Positions 1 to 14,425 of a stretch of 64,000 bases of DNA are shown here, piece by piece. The position numbers were made by a program, and so were the translations under genes. Position 1 is the first letter of the stretch, and each line of letters opens with the position of its first letter. Below the pieces are notes generated by a model. The model was not told the DNA's origin. It saw nothing but the letters and a program-made list of their open reading frames with translations, and did no database searches. The DNA lies in assembly GCA_965287045.1 (NCBI GenBank), contig OZ336885.1, positions 64,108,001 through 64,172,000 on the forward strand, in the 5' to 3' direction. This stretch comes from Carcharhinus amblyrhynchos (taxonomy: Eukaryota).

Positions 1-3000
1 ATTAAGCAGACAACCCATTTTGGATTGTCAGTGTGGCTGACATAATTATTGGAGCTGTGCATAGCCATACGTAGGGTCTCGCCATCTTATGCAGATAAGT
101 TTGAACGAAAACTAAGCTTTATGAAGAGTGTTTTCAGATGCCGTCATCACTGTAATGCCTTGCGCACTCAGACTTGACCTCCCTTTCATATATACACCAT
201 TGTGTGGTCATGTTTTGCCCTTTCCCTCGTCCTACAAATCAAGGTGCACTTTTCATGCCTACTCAAAATTGTATTTTCCAAACCTTTTTTGATAGTTTCG
301 TTGATCTGACCCATTGACAAAATACAAAAAAAATCAACAGGTTGCCTCTTTATCAGCAATAAACACGTTTTGCACTGCATTGCGACTACTATTCATTCTG
401 CCATGTATTATTTCAGACCGAGGACGGAACGATGGACTTGAGAAGTCATATACCTTTTTAAGGCTCAATCAAATTAACTCCATATTTCTAATTGGCCCGT
501 CAGCAATCCATTATGACTTATTATCTCCCCACGTCTGATTAGTTATTATTTTTCTTTCAAAGAGATCCACAATAACATTCGGTCTGATTGGAACGGTACT
601 AATAAATTAGGACATGGATATGATCATGTCCAAATGACACGTACGTAGCTTTGAATATATAAACAAAAGAACATAGCCCAAGGTAGATTATCAGAATTTG
701 TGTGTTTTCACCTTTCATTTCATTTGCCCAACCTTCATCTGTGAACGAATGAAATTCTCAAAATCCAAGCAATCCCGTTATAAATTAAAACAAACACAAA
801 CGGAGATATTTATGCATTTCTAAATCAAAACGAGCCGTCCAAGATGAATACGGTGCAATTATTTACCTGGTCGACAACGAGCTAGTTCGTTTTCTGGAAT
901 CAAATATTATGCTTTTTTAAAATGTATCTTCGTAAATGACAGGTTTCACACGCGGACTTGTGTTTGAGTATCAACAATAAGATAAGCACCTCCAAACGTG
1001 CGCACAACAATGTGATAATCTATTATAGCAAACACATGTAATATTGGAACATAAATTTAACCTGGTGAGCATCAGCAAAGAGTATCTGAACAGCTGAATT
1101 GGATTTATCTTTTAATATGTAAACACAAATTCTGCACTGGGAACTCGACGGCAGTTAAAAGACTATGTCACATAAAGAGCTGCAATGAAATGAGCTGGCA
1201 TAGTCCGAATTGCGCTGTCATCACTTAAGTATGAAAGTGTTTTGAGATTATACTGCTTTCCAAGTAGAATTAAAATACCTCGGAGCATAATGTAACTTAT
1301 CAGATCGTTGGAACAGAGCAAAAAAGAAACTGTTTGTAATTCTACATGTTTAGATTATGACGTGGTGTTTTTTTTTGAAATTGTCACACCATTTGTTTTG
1401 GTCAGGAAATTGCTTTAGAAACTTTGACATTAGGTTTGCCAATCTCCAGAGTTGGATAACGGAATGATACGTTGAAGTTCAAACGATGTTTTGACAGGTC
1501 ACACAATGAATCAAGTAATGTTCAATGATGGGTTTTCGTTAGATCGAATGTCAGAAAATGCAGCCGTGTTCCCTGGAGCCTTTCAGGTATGGAGACGAGT
1601 GATGATAGCGGGAAGTTGAAGCAGGAAGGTTTGATATGTCGCAAGTGAGGCTTTCATTCGGCTCAAAACATATAGGGACAATGCCACCTTTTCGGTGGAG
1701 GAGATGAAGGGATATTCCGCAAATTATTTACAGTGCATCAGAAGATTCAAAATAGCAAAGACACATTGCACAACAATGTTTTTTTTTCCCAAAGTTCAAC
1801 AAAATGAACCCTGGATCATCAGATGGTAGACTTCAATTGCTTAGTTAGAAGATAGATGGTCATTTGCCATGAATATGATAGGTGTGTGTATTAAATATGG
1901 ACGTTCATCATGACAACCTGCCATTGTGCTCATAAAGAACATGCTAAATTGAGGTTCAATAATTGTCACTACTTCATAAATATTATCGTATGAAAGAATA
2001 CAAGTTGAAACCTTTTCTTATTAGGTCATCTTTCAGCTGTTTGATTTCTGGAAAAAAAAATCCAAAATATATTTCTTCAGAAAGGTCACTGTTTCATTCC
2101 TGCCTTAGGATAACATGAGGAACTGGGACGATAAGTCGATCACGTGTGCTCTAAATCTTGCTGCTGAATTCAGTGCGATAAGAACTGATTGCAATCCTGT
2201 CCTTTACACTGCTAACAGTTCACTAAATACGCTTCAGGCATAGCGAGATCTAAAATCTGATTATTACCGATGTAAATACACACAAGTAGTAAAAATGCAC
2301 AGCTGATATTCAGTACATTTTTTAACAAACCTCGGAATCGATGCTTCTCCTCACTTGATTGCCAACCACTAAGTCTTGTATTACAAAATTCCATAGTTGT
2401 GTTTTGGCTTTCTCATGCTGTGAGCTTATTTTCTCCGACTCAGATAGTTCAGTCATCATACATGTTTCACTGGGATCACCTCCGATACCCCCGAGATCCT
2501 CGGAACTTGAACAAAATGTTGGCTGAAATGCATATTCTCGGTGCACCTTAAATTATAGTGGACAATTTCTGCACCACACCCGAGGTACATTTATTATTTC
2601 TCTCCAACTGCTGGACAGCAGAACATGTATGAGAAAATGTATGACGACTTGCAGGAACATAGTGAAGTAGAGAACTACCAAATTCATTCTAGCCGGAAGA
2701 ATGATTGAACGTTCTTGTCACGAATTCCAAAAACACAGCGGTCATTCAGCTAACTGTAAAGAAACGTGGCTGAGTCGACGTGGTTATTCACTCGTTTACT
2801 TCGATTTTGCTTATCGGGTCATCTGTGTGGTAATGACAAAGCTTTCTGCTCGCCGTTCCAACGCATGATTTTACACTAACGCTTCAACATCGAAACACTA
2901 GAATTAGTGTATGCTGAATCGATTTAGAGGTTGATTCTCAAACAGCTGGGCTTCATTTTGATCACAACATGCTTCGCCATTTACTGCTGGAGAGGAATTT

Positions 3001-5804
3001 GAAAGAATAAGAACTTGTGCCTCAAATGAATGAACGCTACTGTGCTCGCAAATGATTGTCTGAAATGCAAGTGTATCGTTGTCTAAGAGCAACAGAAGGG
3101 ATGCTAACATTGCTCCTGACGGACTGTCAGCTCTTTTTATACAGCTATAGCAGAGCCTCCACACGTCAAAACCCTGTTTTAAATGCAAAACAACGTTTGC
3201 TATCATAACTTAAGTTGTACCTGCAAGAGATATTTCTTTACTAATTTCAACTCAAATTAAATCCCCTAGAGCAACATAAGTTGAAAGGGTCACGTGTTCA
3301 TCAGTTTGAGAAAACGATGTGTCATTTGTATTCTTACCAGTACACCTGAATACTACAAACCGAATTCATTTCCAGTGGTGTTATTATTACTAACATTCAT
3401 ATCACTTCCTAGAATCTTTATGTATTCCTCAAATGCTGCATTGCTATTTCGCTTTCCAAAAGCAGGAAGGCAAAACGAGAATTCCCTCTCTTTCTTCGTT
3501 ATGATTAATAACCTTCGAAATTATAGGTTTAGAGGCAGAGAATGTATATTATTGAACAAATCATTCTGATGGTCACCTTCCAAACCAGTTTTTTGCCAAC
3601 TTGACTTCCACCTGTTTATGCGATATAATAATCCTCCCTTAATTATAATTTACCTTTCTTTTAATCTGTTTTTGTAATGACGGCCGAGTGTTCTATTTTC
3701 TGTATTGAATATGGTTCTGTGTTTAAACATGTTCTCACCGGCCTTGTTGAATCATGTGCCTTCTTATGCTGTATCCATGTGAATTACTGTCCCTGTTCTT
3801 CTAAATTAAGCTTTTGTACTTACTCATGCAAGTATTATATCATTCACATTTGATAAAACTTCACGTTCTCCATGCCATTCGAGACTTTTGCAGCCGGTTC
3901 CACCAGCTCTTCATCAGTGCGCTCATGCGCCACTGCATGGGCGCGTGTATCAGCGCGAGGATTCGGTAGCCTGGGTGAGGTGGCATGGGGTCGTTGCGGA
4001 AGGAGAGGAGAGACATTTTCCATTTTGGTGAGCAGCATTTGCAGGTTCCCCAAGGCTAAATTGATTCATTTGTGTTTCAGTGTGGACTCACTCACTGAAA
4101 AAGATTCATTGTCATCCCCACTGAAAACCTGCAATCTTGTTGCACTGTAATTCATCATTCTTGAATACGGAACATGTGTTCGGTAAACTATTTGATGTAC
4201 CTGCTTAGATAAGCACAAAAAAAATGAACATAAACCTCCTAAAGTTTGTGGCGCAAATGCACTAGAGTTTAATGTCCTCTCTCCCTTACATAATCACACA
4301 CACAAAAACAGTCACTCGCGTACATACACAAACACACACAGACAGGCATTTGCAAAAACAAGACACAGGCAATAACATAACTCCTAATAAATTATAATTG
4401 TGTATGTTATTTTCTGTTATGAACCTGACGAGTACTTGAACAGATGGAAGCGTACACTTATGTAGACAATCGGAATGTGGGGCAATGGTATAAGAACTGA
4501 AATATATGCAGACATTTGTGAGCAGGCTCATATCGAGTATCAACAGCGGCATCATCCTCTCAGGTAATTATATATATTTTGGCACTACATATTTAACATG
4601 GTTTCTCATAAAGGAAGAAAAAGTGAGAATCATTGTACCTCTTCTCAAGACTCTGATGCGTCCATCTGAAAGAAGAACACAATTGTTACTTGTTACACGA
4701 CAGACGGATTCATTTATTCAGAGAAAATATGTAACCGTTACTTTTCGATTGGAATTCAATGTCACCATTTTGATTGTGAATTGACTCTTCAATCCGCCAT
4801 CCAGAGATTTTGGAAATAGAGCCAGCACGGCTAGCAAAGCAAAAGGCGTTCCAGGACTGTGTAGAATTCCTGGTCGAAAAAAAATGAGAGTATCGGCCAA
4901 ATTTTGATATCGCTTCAACCTCAGCGGAATAATAGCGCTCAAAAAAATAAGATTTTTTTTCGTAATGCGTATGCTGATAAACGCAAAATAAGTCAATGCT
5001 ATATTACTGAGAAAAAAGAACGTATTTTGCAAGTCGTTACTCGGAGCCTCCTATTGAATGGTCCCCATGACAATGCCAAAATCAAAAGATTAAAAGCACC
5101 AGGGATGGATATTCTACTTTAATCCGCGAACTTGCCAAACTGACTGGAGAACAAGTTCAGACAATACGGATTTCGTTTCTCATTTCGGACTATTTCCCTC
5201 TTCTTAAAAACAAAACAAATTGTCCATGAATCTGCAAGGCTAAGGAACACATCAACGACCTTAACTAAAGTTTAAACTAGCATTTGTTTTACACATTTAT
5301 GAAGTTAATAATCGCTTTGCAGGCTCATTCTAACCATCCCTCTACGAAATGGCAAGGGATAATGGCCAGGTACAGAGGCGCTACATCCTGTTTGTGGAAA
5401 CAATTAACTTCGCCTATGCATTTTTCCACGCCACCGATAGCAGTAGGACAATAAACATCACTTTTTTTTTAATGGTATTCGTCTTAATTTCGGATCTTAA
5501 ATACATTCGACTGAGTTTTCATTGTTCACACTGTTTAATTGCTATTGATGCTGGTATGATGTTCCGATTATTATTTCAACACGCAATAAATATTGGCATT
5601 CCATTAATAAAAAAAAAGTTTCGTAATGAAAATAGTTTTTTTTTTCAAAATGAAAAACAGATCATTAGAGTTGTTTGAGTGAATCACTTAAAATACCTAA
5701 AACAAGCCACTCAGACAACCAGGCAGTGAGGCCAATTTGGAAGTTTCGATAGTTCCGTTGAAATAGGTCCATCGTTGGCATTGGTTTTGAGTGAAAGATT
5801 TGAG

Positions 5805-5955
5805 GATTTCAACATATATTGACAAACGTTCAATTCAACTCAATACCTGCTCAACAACTCTGTTCTCTCTCCACCGATGCTGTCAGCCCTGTGCAGATTT
5901 TCCAGCCTTCTCTATTTTTGTTTTAGATTCATCACACCAATTATTTTGTTTTATG
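5805..5955 (+). mobile_element. Degenerate 3' terminal (pLTR-type) fragment of a Penelope-like or related dispersed repeat
   Basis: AACTCTGTTCTCTCTCCACCGATGCTGTCAGCCCTGTGCAGATTTTCCAGCCTTCTCTATTTTTGTTTTAGATT resembles a 3' tail I recall from abundant shark repeats; no coding part attached. Confidence 0.4.
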
Positions 5956-8809
5956 TTTCTTTTCTGTTGCTTTACAGATGTTCTTTTTAAACAGATTTTG
6001 TATGTGAAGTGTTACAAATACAGGTTCTGCAGTAGAATTACTTTCGAAGCACATATGTCGAATTTTAAAAGCAATATGCAACATTTTTTTTTAAGAAATA
6101 ATGTCAAGTGTGGGTTATTAACCTACTCCTGAGATGAGATAGTTAATGACCAATTATTCCCTTCTGAGATATTGTTACTTTGTTAATATTTTAATTGTGA
6201 ACTCTGAAAAGGCTGGCAACGTACTACAACACAATTGCAATTTTCAGACGTCGTGATCTGAACTTTTTTTTTGCTCGAAATGAACAGTTCTTGGTGATTT
6301 ATTATCAATAATTTCAACTTATGCAGCATTACATTCAGCAATTTCATACTTTCTGCCTATATTTAGCCCCTTTCTTAACGTTGATGTGAATAATCTTACC
6401 ATGTTCTGTAAATGATGGCAAATACTCATATAAAACACTTTCCTAATTTTGTTTTCCAATTGATAATTTCATCAATCTGCAGAGTGGGTGTATTCATCTT
6501 GTTTTGACAAACCAGTTTGCTTAATACGATAAGGATTTTGTTTTTTTTTTCAAATGCACTTTACGTTATCGAGGTCTACATGTCGAGGTGCACTCCTTTT
6601 TTATGTGCTGCGTTATTCACTATTTAATTGTAATGCCTGTCCTTAGACCGAGCATTACAGATAATTAAAACTAATGTGTCATCAAAGTTGCTGCATAATA
6701 AATGACTCATAGCGATTTTATATGAAGAGTATGTTGCCGTAAAATGTATTGCTGGTTCATGGGGCGTATCTATGGTGCAACTGGCTCATCTAGATTTCTT
6801 GAATTGTCTTCATTATATTAATTCTCTTGATCAATTTCACGCGTAACTGGGGTCAATGCATCCCTCTACCCATCCACCCAGTTGCAATCCAGATCAACTC
6901 CCAACAGCACTAAATGCAATTCAAAACAGATCGCTTTATATTAGCCAACTCAAACAACACTGAAGAAAGGGTCCTTCTCTGGGCATCCATTCAGTAAAAA
7001 CATCCCTGCCAGACATAAGTCGGGCACATAGCAGGGCTCACCTACGAGCAGGAAATTCGGCAATGAACATCTCAACTCCTGCAGCATACTTACTACTGGG
7101 ATTATAAGGACTCACTTTTGCAATGGCATAACACACTCTGCTACGACTTCAATCAGGGCTGCTCCAAGAAGAATCGATGAACTGCAAACGTTTTTTTTAA
7201 TGTTCCCTATTAGTTGGCTTTCAGTTCCGAACCTGCAGTGTTAATTTCACCCTAAACAGCACTCAGGGAAATCAGAATGCAAAATAAACGAGATTCACTG
7301 CAGAAAATCGCCAAAGCTTATTCGAGATTACTTTTGAATCTTACGACAATGCAGACAGAAAGACACATTAAACTCCATTCGTTTACATCCAAGGCATGCA
7401 CGACGTTTATTGGGAGAAAATGTGTTTCATTCTCGCTACATAACATCCATGGCACCTCCACTAAACTTTGGCATTAAAATAATGACAGGCGATTCCCATG
7501 CTCAAAAGGCAGTTCAGATGCAGAAAATCAAGGAGGTGATGGACGAAGTTGATGGCCTTAATCTTTTTTTTTTGAATGACATTATTGATTCATCCAGATG
7601 AATGGCAGATGTCAAAAGACAGAGAAACGTCGTAGCTTACAATTTTGAAAGCAACAGCTGAGAAGTAAAAAAAACATGTGCTTCCATACGTAGTTCCTAT
7701 CAAATGAACAGTGATAATGCTCTGGCACAGCAAAGTATGATCATGCGCGTTAAATGTTAAGTTCTCAGAAAAATCAGACTTAAGTTAGTTGTATTTTTGA
7801 ATTTTAACTGAGTGCAATTAAAGTCTATTCATCAGATGATTAATTGAGCACATAGAAATTACTATTAATAGTCAGTAATTGGGAAAACATAACGTATATA
7901 TCATTTTGTTTTAACTATTACGTATGATATACTTATCGCTGGCAAAGAGCACCACTAATTACCAAATGGTAAGTCCCGACGAAAAGGTGTTGCTGAGCTG
8001 TGTTTTACAGGTTTGCACACTTTCTGAAGTGAGTACATCTGCAGTGTCCTGGGGGCGGGGAAATCTTGGATTCTAGATTTTAGACTGATTGACGTATAAG
8101 CAGCAGAAATGTGCTTCCAACTCAGGCTGTTTTCTTGCTCGGAAGGCGATTTGCTTTTTATTTTGTGTCCACATGTCATCTGTTCTTTTTCTTCCAGCTG
8201 CTTTAATTCGAAGTTTGAAAGTGTGATTCAAAGATAACTTGGGTTGGCAAAATGCTGCAATGTGTGGTAAATATGATCCAGTGTTTCCTTATGAGTCTAT
8301 GTCAATGTGCGTGCAGATATGTGTTGTGGAGGGATTTGATGTCAATGGTAGAGACAGCGTGTCTTTCATTCCATCAGATTTGTCAATGATATCGTGTGCT
8401 TCTCGAGTGATGTTCAGACAGAGCTGATCAAAGGAGTTGGGCAAAATGAATTCACAATTTCAATTCTTGTCTTGTGGACACTTTTGGTTGGTCAGGATGT
8501 TATTTCTTGGTACACAATTTTCAACCTTTTTTTCTATATCTGCCGCCACGGTGTTTTTTTTTAATGCATTGCTGTGTTCAGTTTACGATCATTCATTACT
8601 CGAATAATGTGTATAATACCTTCGTCCACGATGCTAGTGGATGATCAGTCAATTTGAGTTTGTTGGAATAATTCTTTTGGCAATCAGCATTGAACGAATC
8701 TAAGTGTTATGGACTGTATTTGCATAGCTGAAACAAAAAAAATGTATGTTTCTGAGCCTGAATATATTTGATGAAATTTTAAGCATATATTGCAGTTGCA
8801 CAAAATAAA

Positions 8810-9312
8810 AGATCCTTTCTGGTTATACAACTGCTTGTATGGAACCAGCTCTGTCCAAGCTCACAATAAACTACAAAACTTAGTGAACGTTGCCCTGTCC
8901 ATCACACAAACCAATTCACCACTATTTACTCTGCCTACAATTCTCACTGCTCGAAACAAGCATTCAGCATATATGACGACGATACACACACCGGATATAA
9001 ATCTTTCCACTTTCGACAGTCGGGAAAAAAAAATCAAAAGTCTGTGGTCATGTCCCAACCGACTCAAAAACAAATGTGTACATGCTGACATAATAGATTT
9101 CAATGAATCTGTTTTGCATCAGAGATATTTATTTCCACATACTAGCTATGAAGTTAACACTATATTCTGCAAACTCTCATTCCGAACTCCCCCATATTCT
9201 ATGAACCTTATATGTTGTCTGTATAGCGCAGAAAAATCTACACTTTTCACTGCATACTAATATATGTGGCAATGATAAACCAAATCAAAAATCGAATCAA
9301 ATCGAATCGAAC
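8810..9312 (+). mobile_element. Rex1/Babar-type LINE, 5'-truncated degenerate 3' fragment
   Basis: Frameshifted translation gives YGTSSVQAHNKLQNLVNVALSITQT ... KSLWSCPNRLKN, matching the Rex1/Babar C-terminus (YGNCSAQDRKKLQRVV...RTNRLKNSF). It ends in an (AAATC/GAATC)n tail at ~9280-9311. Confidence 0.7.
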
Positions 9313-12300
9313 CAATTTCTTTGTTTCTTCTGCTGAAATTGAAAAGTTAACCAAATTGCTCTGGCGGACATTTTTATATATATATATATGAAATGTTGGC
9401 CTACCATCCCCATAGTTCCTCATATTAAAGTGTCCCAGTTTACTCACCATCATTATTCGCAGAGTCATCAAATTCTATGTGTAACAAAATAAACACTATG
9501 CAAATTGTAGGATTTTTTTTTAAACAGAGGTAATCAATTCAGTTGCTCACAATGGTTATGCGTGTAAGAAAATGTCTTACTTTCCAATACTCGATTTGTA
9601 GTGGTCATGAAACATTTTGCTCTGACACACCATTTTATTTGGCACACAGTCAGAAGTAATTGATTTTTTTTTCAGCAAAAACGGATATCTGAAACATATT
9701 TCGTTGTCTTACAGAGGGTTTATAACTTTTGAAATGTCTGCTCTATGACGTTTTGGAGATCCAGGTACATGGAATGCGAGACAACAAATTATAAACAGTG
9801 CGATTGAATTTGCATTAATGTGCAGTTGCTTCCAAAAATAAGTCATCAGCGAAATTATCGAACATAGCAGTTTGTAAATAAAAATCATGTTTCAGTTTCA
9901 ATATAAGATATTTATATTTTAAATGATAGTATATGTTTTTCGTATTTTAATGCTAAATAAAAATCGTATTTTTCTTTACCTTCCTGGCACATGCGAAGCT
10001 TTTCATCTATGTAAAGAAAATGAGTGTCATTACAATTTGAAATCAATTTGAACTTGAATTGTGCAACCATGACTACACGGATCACTGAGCTCTCTGTAAC
10101 TAAAAACTATCCAGTTAATGACATCAATCGTCATCCCTGTTCAGAAAATTGGAATATGTTCTGCACAATTAAGCAATTGACTTGTTTAGAAAATTCCTCT
10201 TAGAGGTGTTTATTCCAGCTTTCAGAATTGAAATCTAGTTTTACTAATAAAAACATGTTTTTTCCTACCCTCTCGTACTTCGATTAAAATCCTTAAACAT
10301 GCATGAATAGTTTTGTACAAAGATTATTTTAGAGAGAGTAAATAAAAAAAAGTGCGTGCTTTCAAAAGCCGTTACAGCAATTAGCGTGTTCTATATCTCT
10401 GCACATTGTATTCTTTGAAGGAAAGCACGCTCAACCTTTTCGCAAATCTCCATCTAATTATTTTACTTTTCAAAAAAAAACGATATTTTCATTGAGTTTT
10501 GTTTTACTCCTCTCAACTTATCGACATTGTCCCTGCTAAATTAACACATTATTATCATCAAATAAGTTTTGCATGCCTTCAAACATGGTGATCATAGAAC
10601 AAATATGAACAGTTAATTTAACCAACGTCCGTAATTCATCTAACACATCCATCACGTAGTATTGTGTTGATGGGATCTTAAATGAATTTGCGTGCAGTGA
10701 TGCAATCACAGCTATTGATCGTGATGCTGCCGTGCACTTGAGTTTTTCTTTAATTTTTGTGTTGGTGGGAAAAGGCTACTCCAAAAAAGGTGCAAAAACA
10801 TTTAAATGAGGTTAACTCGTCAGCATCTACTTTTCAATTTCGTTATATAATTTGAAAGTAGACTTCTGTATTATGACATACAAAATGCACGCAAATAGTG
10901 AGAATGTTTTGTCATTAAAAAAAAAAATTCTAAACTTTTCAAGACAATGCGAGTTTATACTTTAACATAATGCCATTAGATATTTAAAATTTCAAACAAA
11001 ATTATCTCTGACTTTCATTATTGACCCTTAGACAAATCTACAGTTCGTTGCCTGCAAGTCTTTCGCTGCAAAGGGAAGAACAATGCAGGCAAAACAGTTT
11101 TTCCTGTTTCTTATATACGGCATTGGGCCAAATTTCAGGGACGGCCTCTACTCTCTCTTTGTTATATTATATCACATCCATCTTTAACAGCTCCCATCCC
11201 CTAAGTGTTTTATATTAATTTTAAATAGAAAATTATCATTTTCCTCCACCTCTATGCTCTGTGTCGTGCAATATTCATTGTTCGATAAATGTTGCCCGAC
11301 GGACGCTTTTTCTATTTTGCTCATGGCATTCGCAGGTGGACCTTTTAAATTTGCCTCTTCAGTGGCAACATCTTTTGGTCGACACTCGGCATGGGCATCA
11401 TCCAGGATGTAATGCCCTTATTAATGTCGTCACGACCAGTATACATGTCCGCATTATTTTACTTGCACTCTTTTGCTTCAAATAATCCATTTTGTTTTTT
11501 ATCGTTCAGTAATTCACTGGCACCTTTGTTCGTGCATTTTTGCTGCGAGTTGCTCCCCATGGCCCTTCCATTTAAAATGGCCAAACACCCTACTCTACAA
11601 ATCTTTAGGCATGAAAGTCAATTTCGCATGGTTAATCCATCTAAATTGCACTTTTTTTGTTCGCGAGGGAAATTTTAACTTACAAAGATGATGCAACAAC
11701 TCCACAAATACAGTCATGCAAAATCGGAATCAACCTCATATCTCAGATGCATTGAAGAAACAGTGCGAAATATTGGTCACTGTGTCAGTCTAGCAAGCAA
11801 AGACTGCCATTAAATCGTTGTTAAAATCCAACTATAGCCATCCACAGAATTATTTTTTTTTTAAGGATCTCACTTTTTTTTTGTCTTACCTTCTAAGGTC
11901 AGGACCTCTTTCAATCTGCGTATTTCTGAAATCCGAAATTACCATTAAACATCCATTCGTGGAAATCTGCTTACCTCAGGCAGAGAGAACAAATGTTATC
12001 GGTTGTCGCTGTTTGAAACCATGGCATTCTGATCGACACTCAAATCAGAACAGGATAAATGATCTTACATTCGGATGAATATGACCGAATTTATGGCACA
12101 ATGTCTACAGGGATATGATTATTTCCACGTTCCCACTAAACAATGTAGTTTTCTCTTCAAGTTACTTCATTGAAATATTTCCATTGACTGTTTTCTGCTA
12201 ACTTCCTGAAATTACGCATAACGTGTAACCTATGCCATTGGCGTTCTTTCGAATCCCGGCTTGAACTTCAAGCATTTAAGCGCACTCTTCGATGAAACAT

Positions 12301-13984
12301 ATGAATCCACTAACCAGAAATTGAGTGACCCTGCAGTACAAACAAGCCCGACTGCAATTTTGATTTATGATTTAAACAATGTCGACTCTTCTTTCACCCT
12401 TTAATGTTTAAAAATCGAAGCGCTGACAATCGAATTTACATACTTGGACCAAAAATCATTTGAACGGCCTACTTGTTTTCACTCGCAAAGCCTTTGTCTG
12501 AGCCTGTGACTGAACAGAAGCTACTTATTTCAAAACTGTCGACCTTTCTCTTCCAGTTTGGTAATTGGTGACATACAGTCTCCTGCTGTTTATTGCATAT
12601 TTTGCCTCTGCAATCTGTAAATATCCATTTAATTCAGTGAACAGACGGTGGTTTCGCAAAAGTCTATGAAATTTGCCCTTAGGTAGACTTATTAAAAGAT
12701 ATTTTTCGCAGAACCTTTGCAGTCCTTCCACTTAACTGACACCATCTGCCATTCATTCAATTCAAATTCTTCTCCATTGCCTTAAAGAAAATATGGCATT
12801 CAGCCTTCTAAAACGCAATACTCACCGTTAAGTCGATGGAGGGAATCATCACAATATTTTACTTTAAATAATGTTGAAATATCTTTTCAACGACGCATTT
12901 GCTCAGAATACAACCATCATCAATTCGCACTGCTTCTATTAATCATTATTTTTAGCCGACCTGACTTATTCCGGAATTCCCCTGATTTAGTTTGGAAAAA
13001 AAAACCCCTCATTCATCTGGTTCAGTATTTATCGCTGTGTTTCTATTTTGTCAAATTATCTTATTTCCCAATCACAGAATGCAATTCACATCAGCAACAG
13101 TAATTATTTCCAGAAAACACATACGCATGTGGTAAACCTTATCAGTGCTATTCTGCTATGATTTGAAGTCACATTGAATGTGCTATGATTACTCCTGGTG
13201 GGAAATGTAGCTTGCTCTTAAACGAATAGACTCTGGCAAGCGTAAAAACGATTCTACCTCCCCAACATACCATGTCTCTGAATAATGTGTAACTCATTAA
13301 CATCACATTATCATTCCCAGAAAGATTCTTGAACTGCCATCTTGCTCGCCATGACATAAATCATTCAAAACTTTTGGGAAACATGTCTAAAGTCAACAGT
13401 GCCAAAAATATACATGTGCATATGATTAATGGTATATTTAACCCAGATATTGAATACTGATGTACTTTCTTACCTCTATCCCTATCCAACAGAGCTTTCG
13501 CTGCGAAGAAAATTCAGTTATTGACAAATTTAATATCAGTAGATGGCATATTCAAAATATTTTCCGTGAACTATGCACACTTCGGGAAATTGGTGCACCA
13601 TTTAAAAGGTAATAAGATGTATTCCAACAACAATGCAACCCAGGGAATTCAGTGCTGAAATCAAAACATCAGAGGAAACGCAAGATCAATCAGGTGCGAG
13701 ATAAAGGTATAAAACAAGGGGAAAGAAAAAGGAAAAAGACAAGTGCAAGAACGAGGACCAAGTACAGAACGTGATGAACAAGAGCGCTCTGACGAAATTG
13801 CAAGGTTACAGCATGTGATGGAGGACAGCATAAACGAAATGAAATTCGGATCCTATCTATTTGAAGCAAAACTTGATGCAGTGTCTATGAACTGAGCCTC
13901 TATGATTCTATGAGAACATAATGAGCCTCAAAATATGACTGCGACTGGCAGTGGAAGGTCAAATTGTGATTATACATTTTGTTC

Positions 13985-14425
13985 TTGCTCGATTTGCTGT
14001 AGACACCAAGATTGGTGGATTTGTGAATGAGATGGAGGACTCTTGTAGTCTCAAAAGAGACATTCATAGGATGCAGAACAGGGCTGAAGAGAGGCAGATG
14101 GAGTTTAAACTTGGTAAGTGTGAGATGATGCATTTCAGTAGGACAAATTTAAATGCAGATTAAAGGGTCAACGGCAGGGTTCTGAGGAATGAGGAGGAAC
14201 AGAGGGATATTGTGATTCATACCCAAAGTTCTCTGAAGGTTGTCACTCAAGTGATAGATTCGGAAGAAGGCTTATAATATGTTGACGTTTCTGAACAGGG
14301 GGTTTGAGGTTTAGAGTCGCGGGGTTATGCTGCAAATATGCAGGATCTTGGTGAGACCACATTTGGAATATTGTGCACAGTTCTGTTCACCTTATTATAA
14401 GAAGGATGTGGAAGAATTAGAGAGA
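13985..14425 (+). mobile_element. CR1 LINE ORF2 fragment (RT C-terminal part)
   Basis: ORF 13951..14163 gives FAVDTKIGG...QMEFKLGKCEMMHFSRTN (CR1 FADDTKIGG/WQMEFN..KCEVMHFG), followed by a LVRPHLEYCAQF motif. Confidence 0.85.

Noticed and set aside
12075-12120. Minus-strand ATATCCCTGTAGA...AAATTCGGTC reminiscent of miR-10
   Set aside because: Only ~9 nt match, the seed is not intact, and there is no hairpin with correct spacing.
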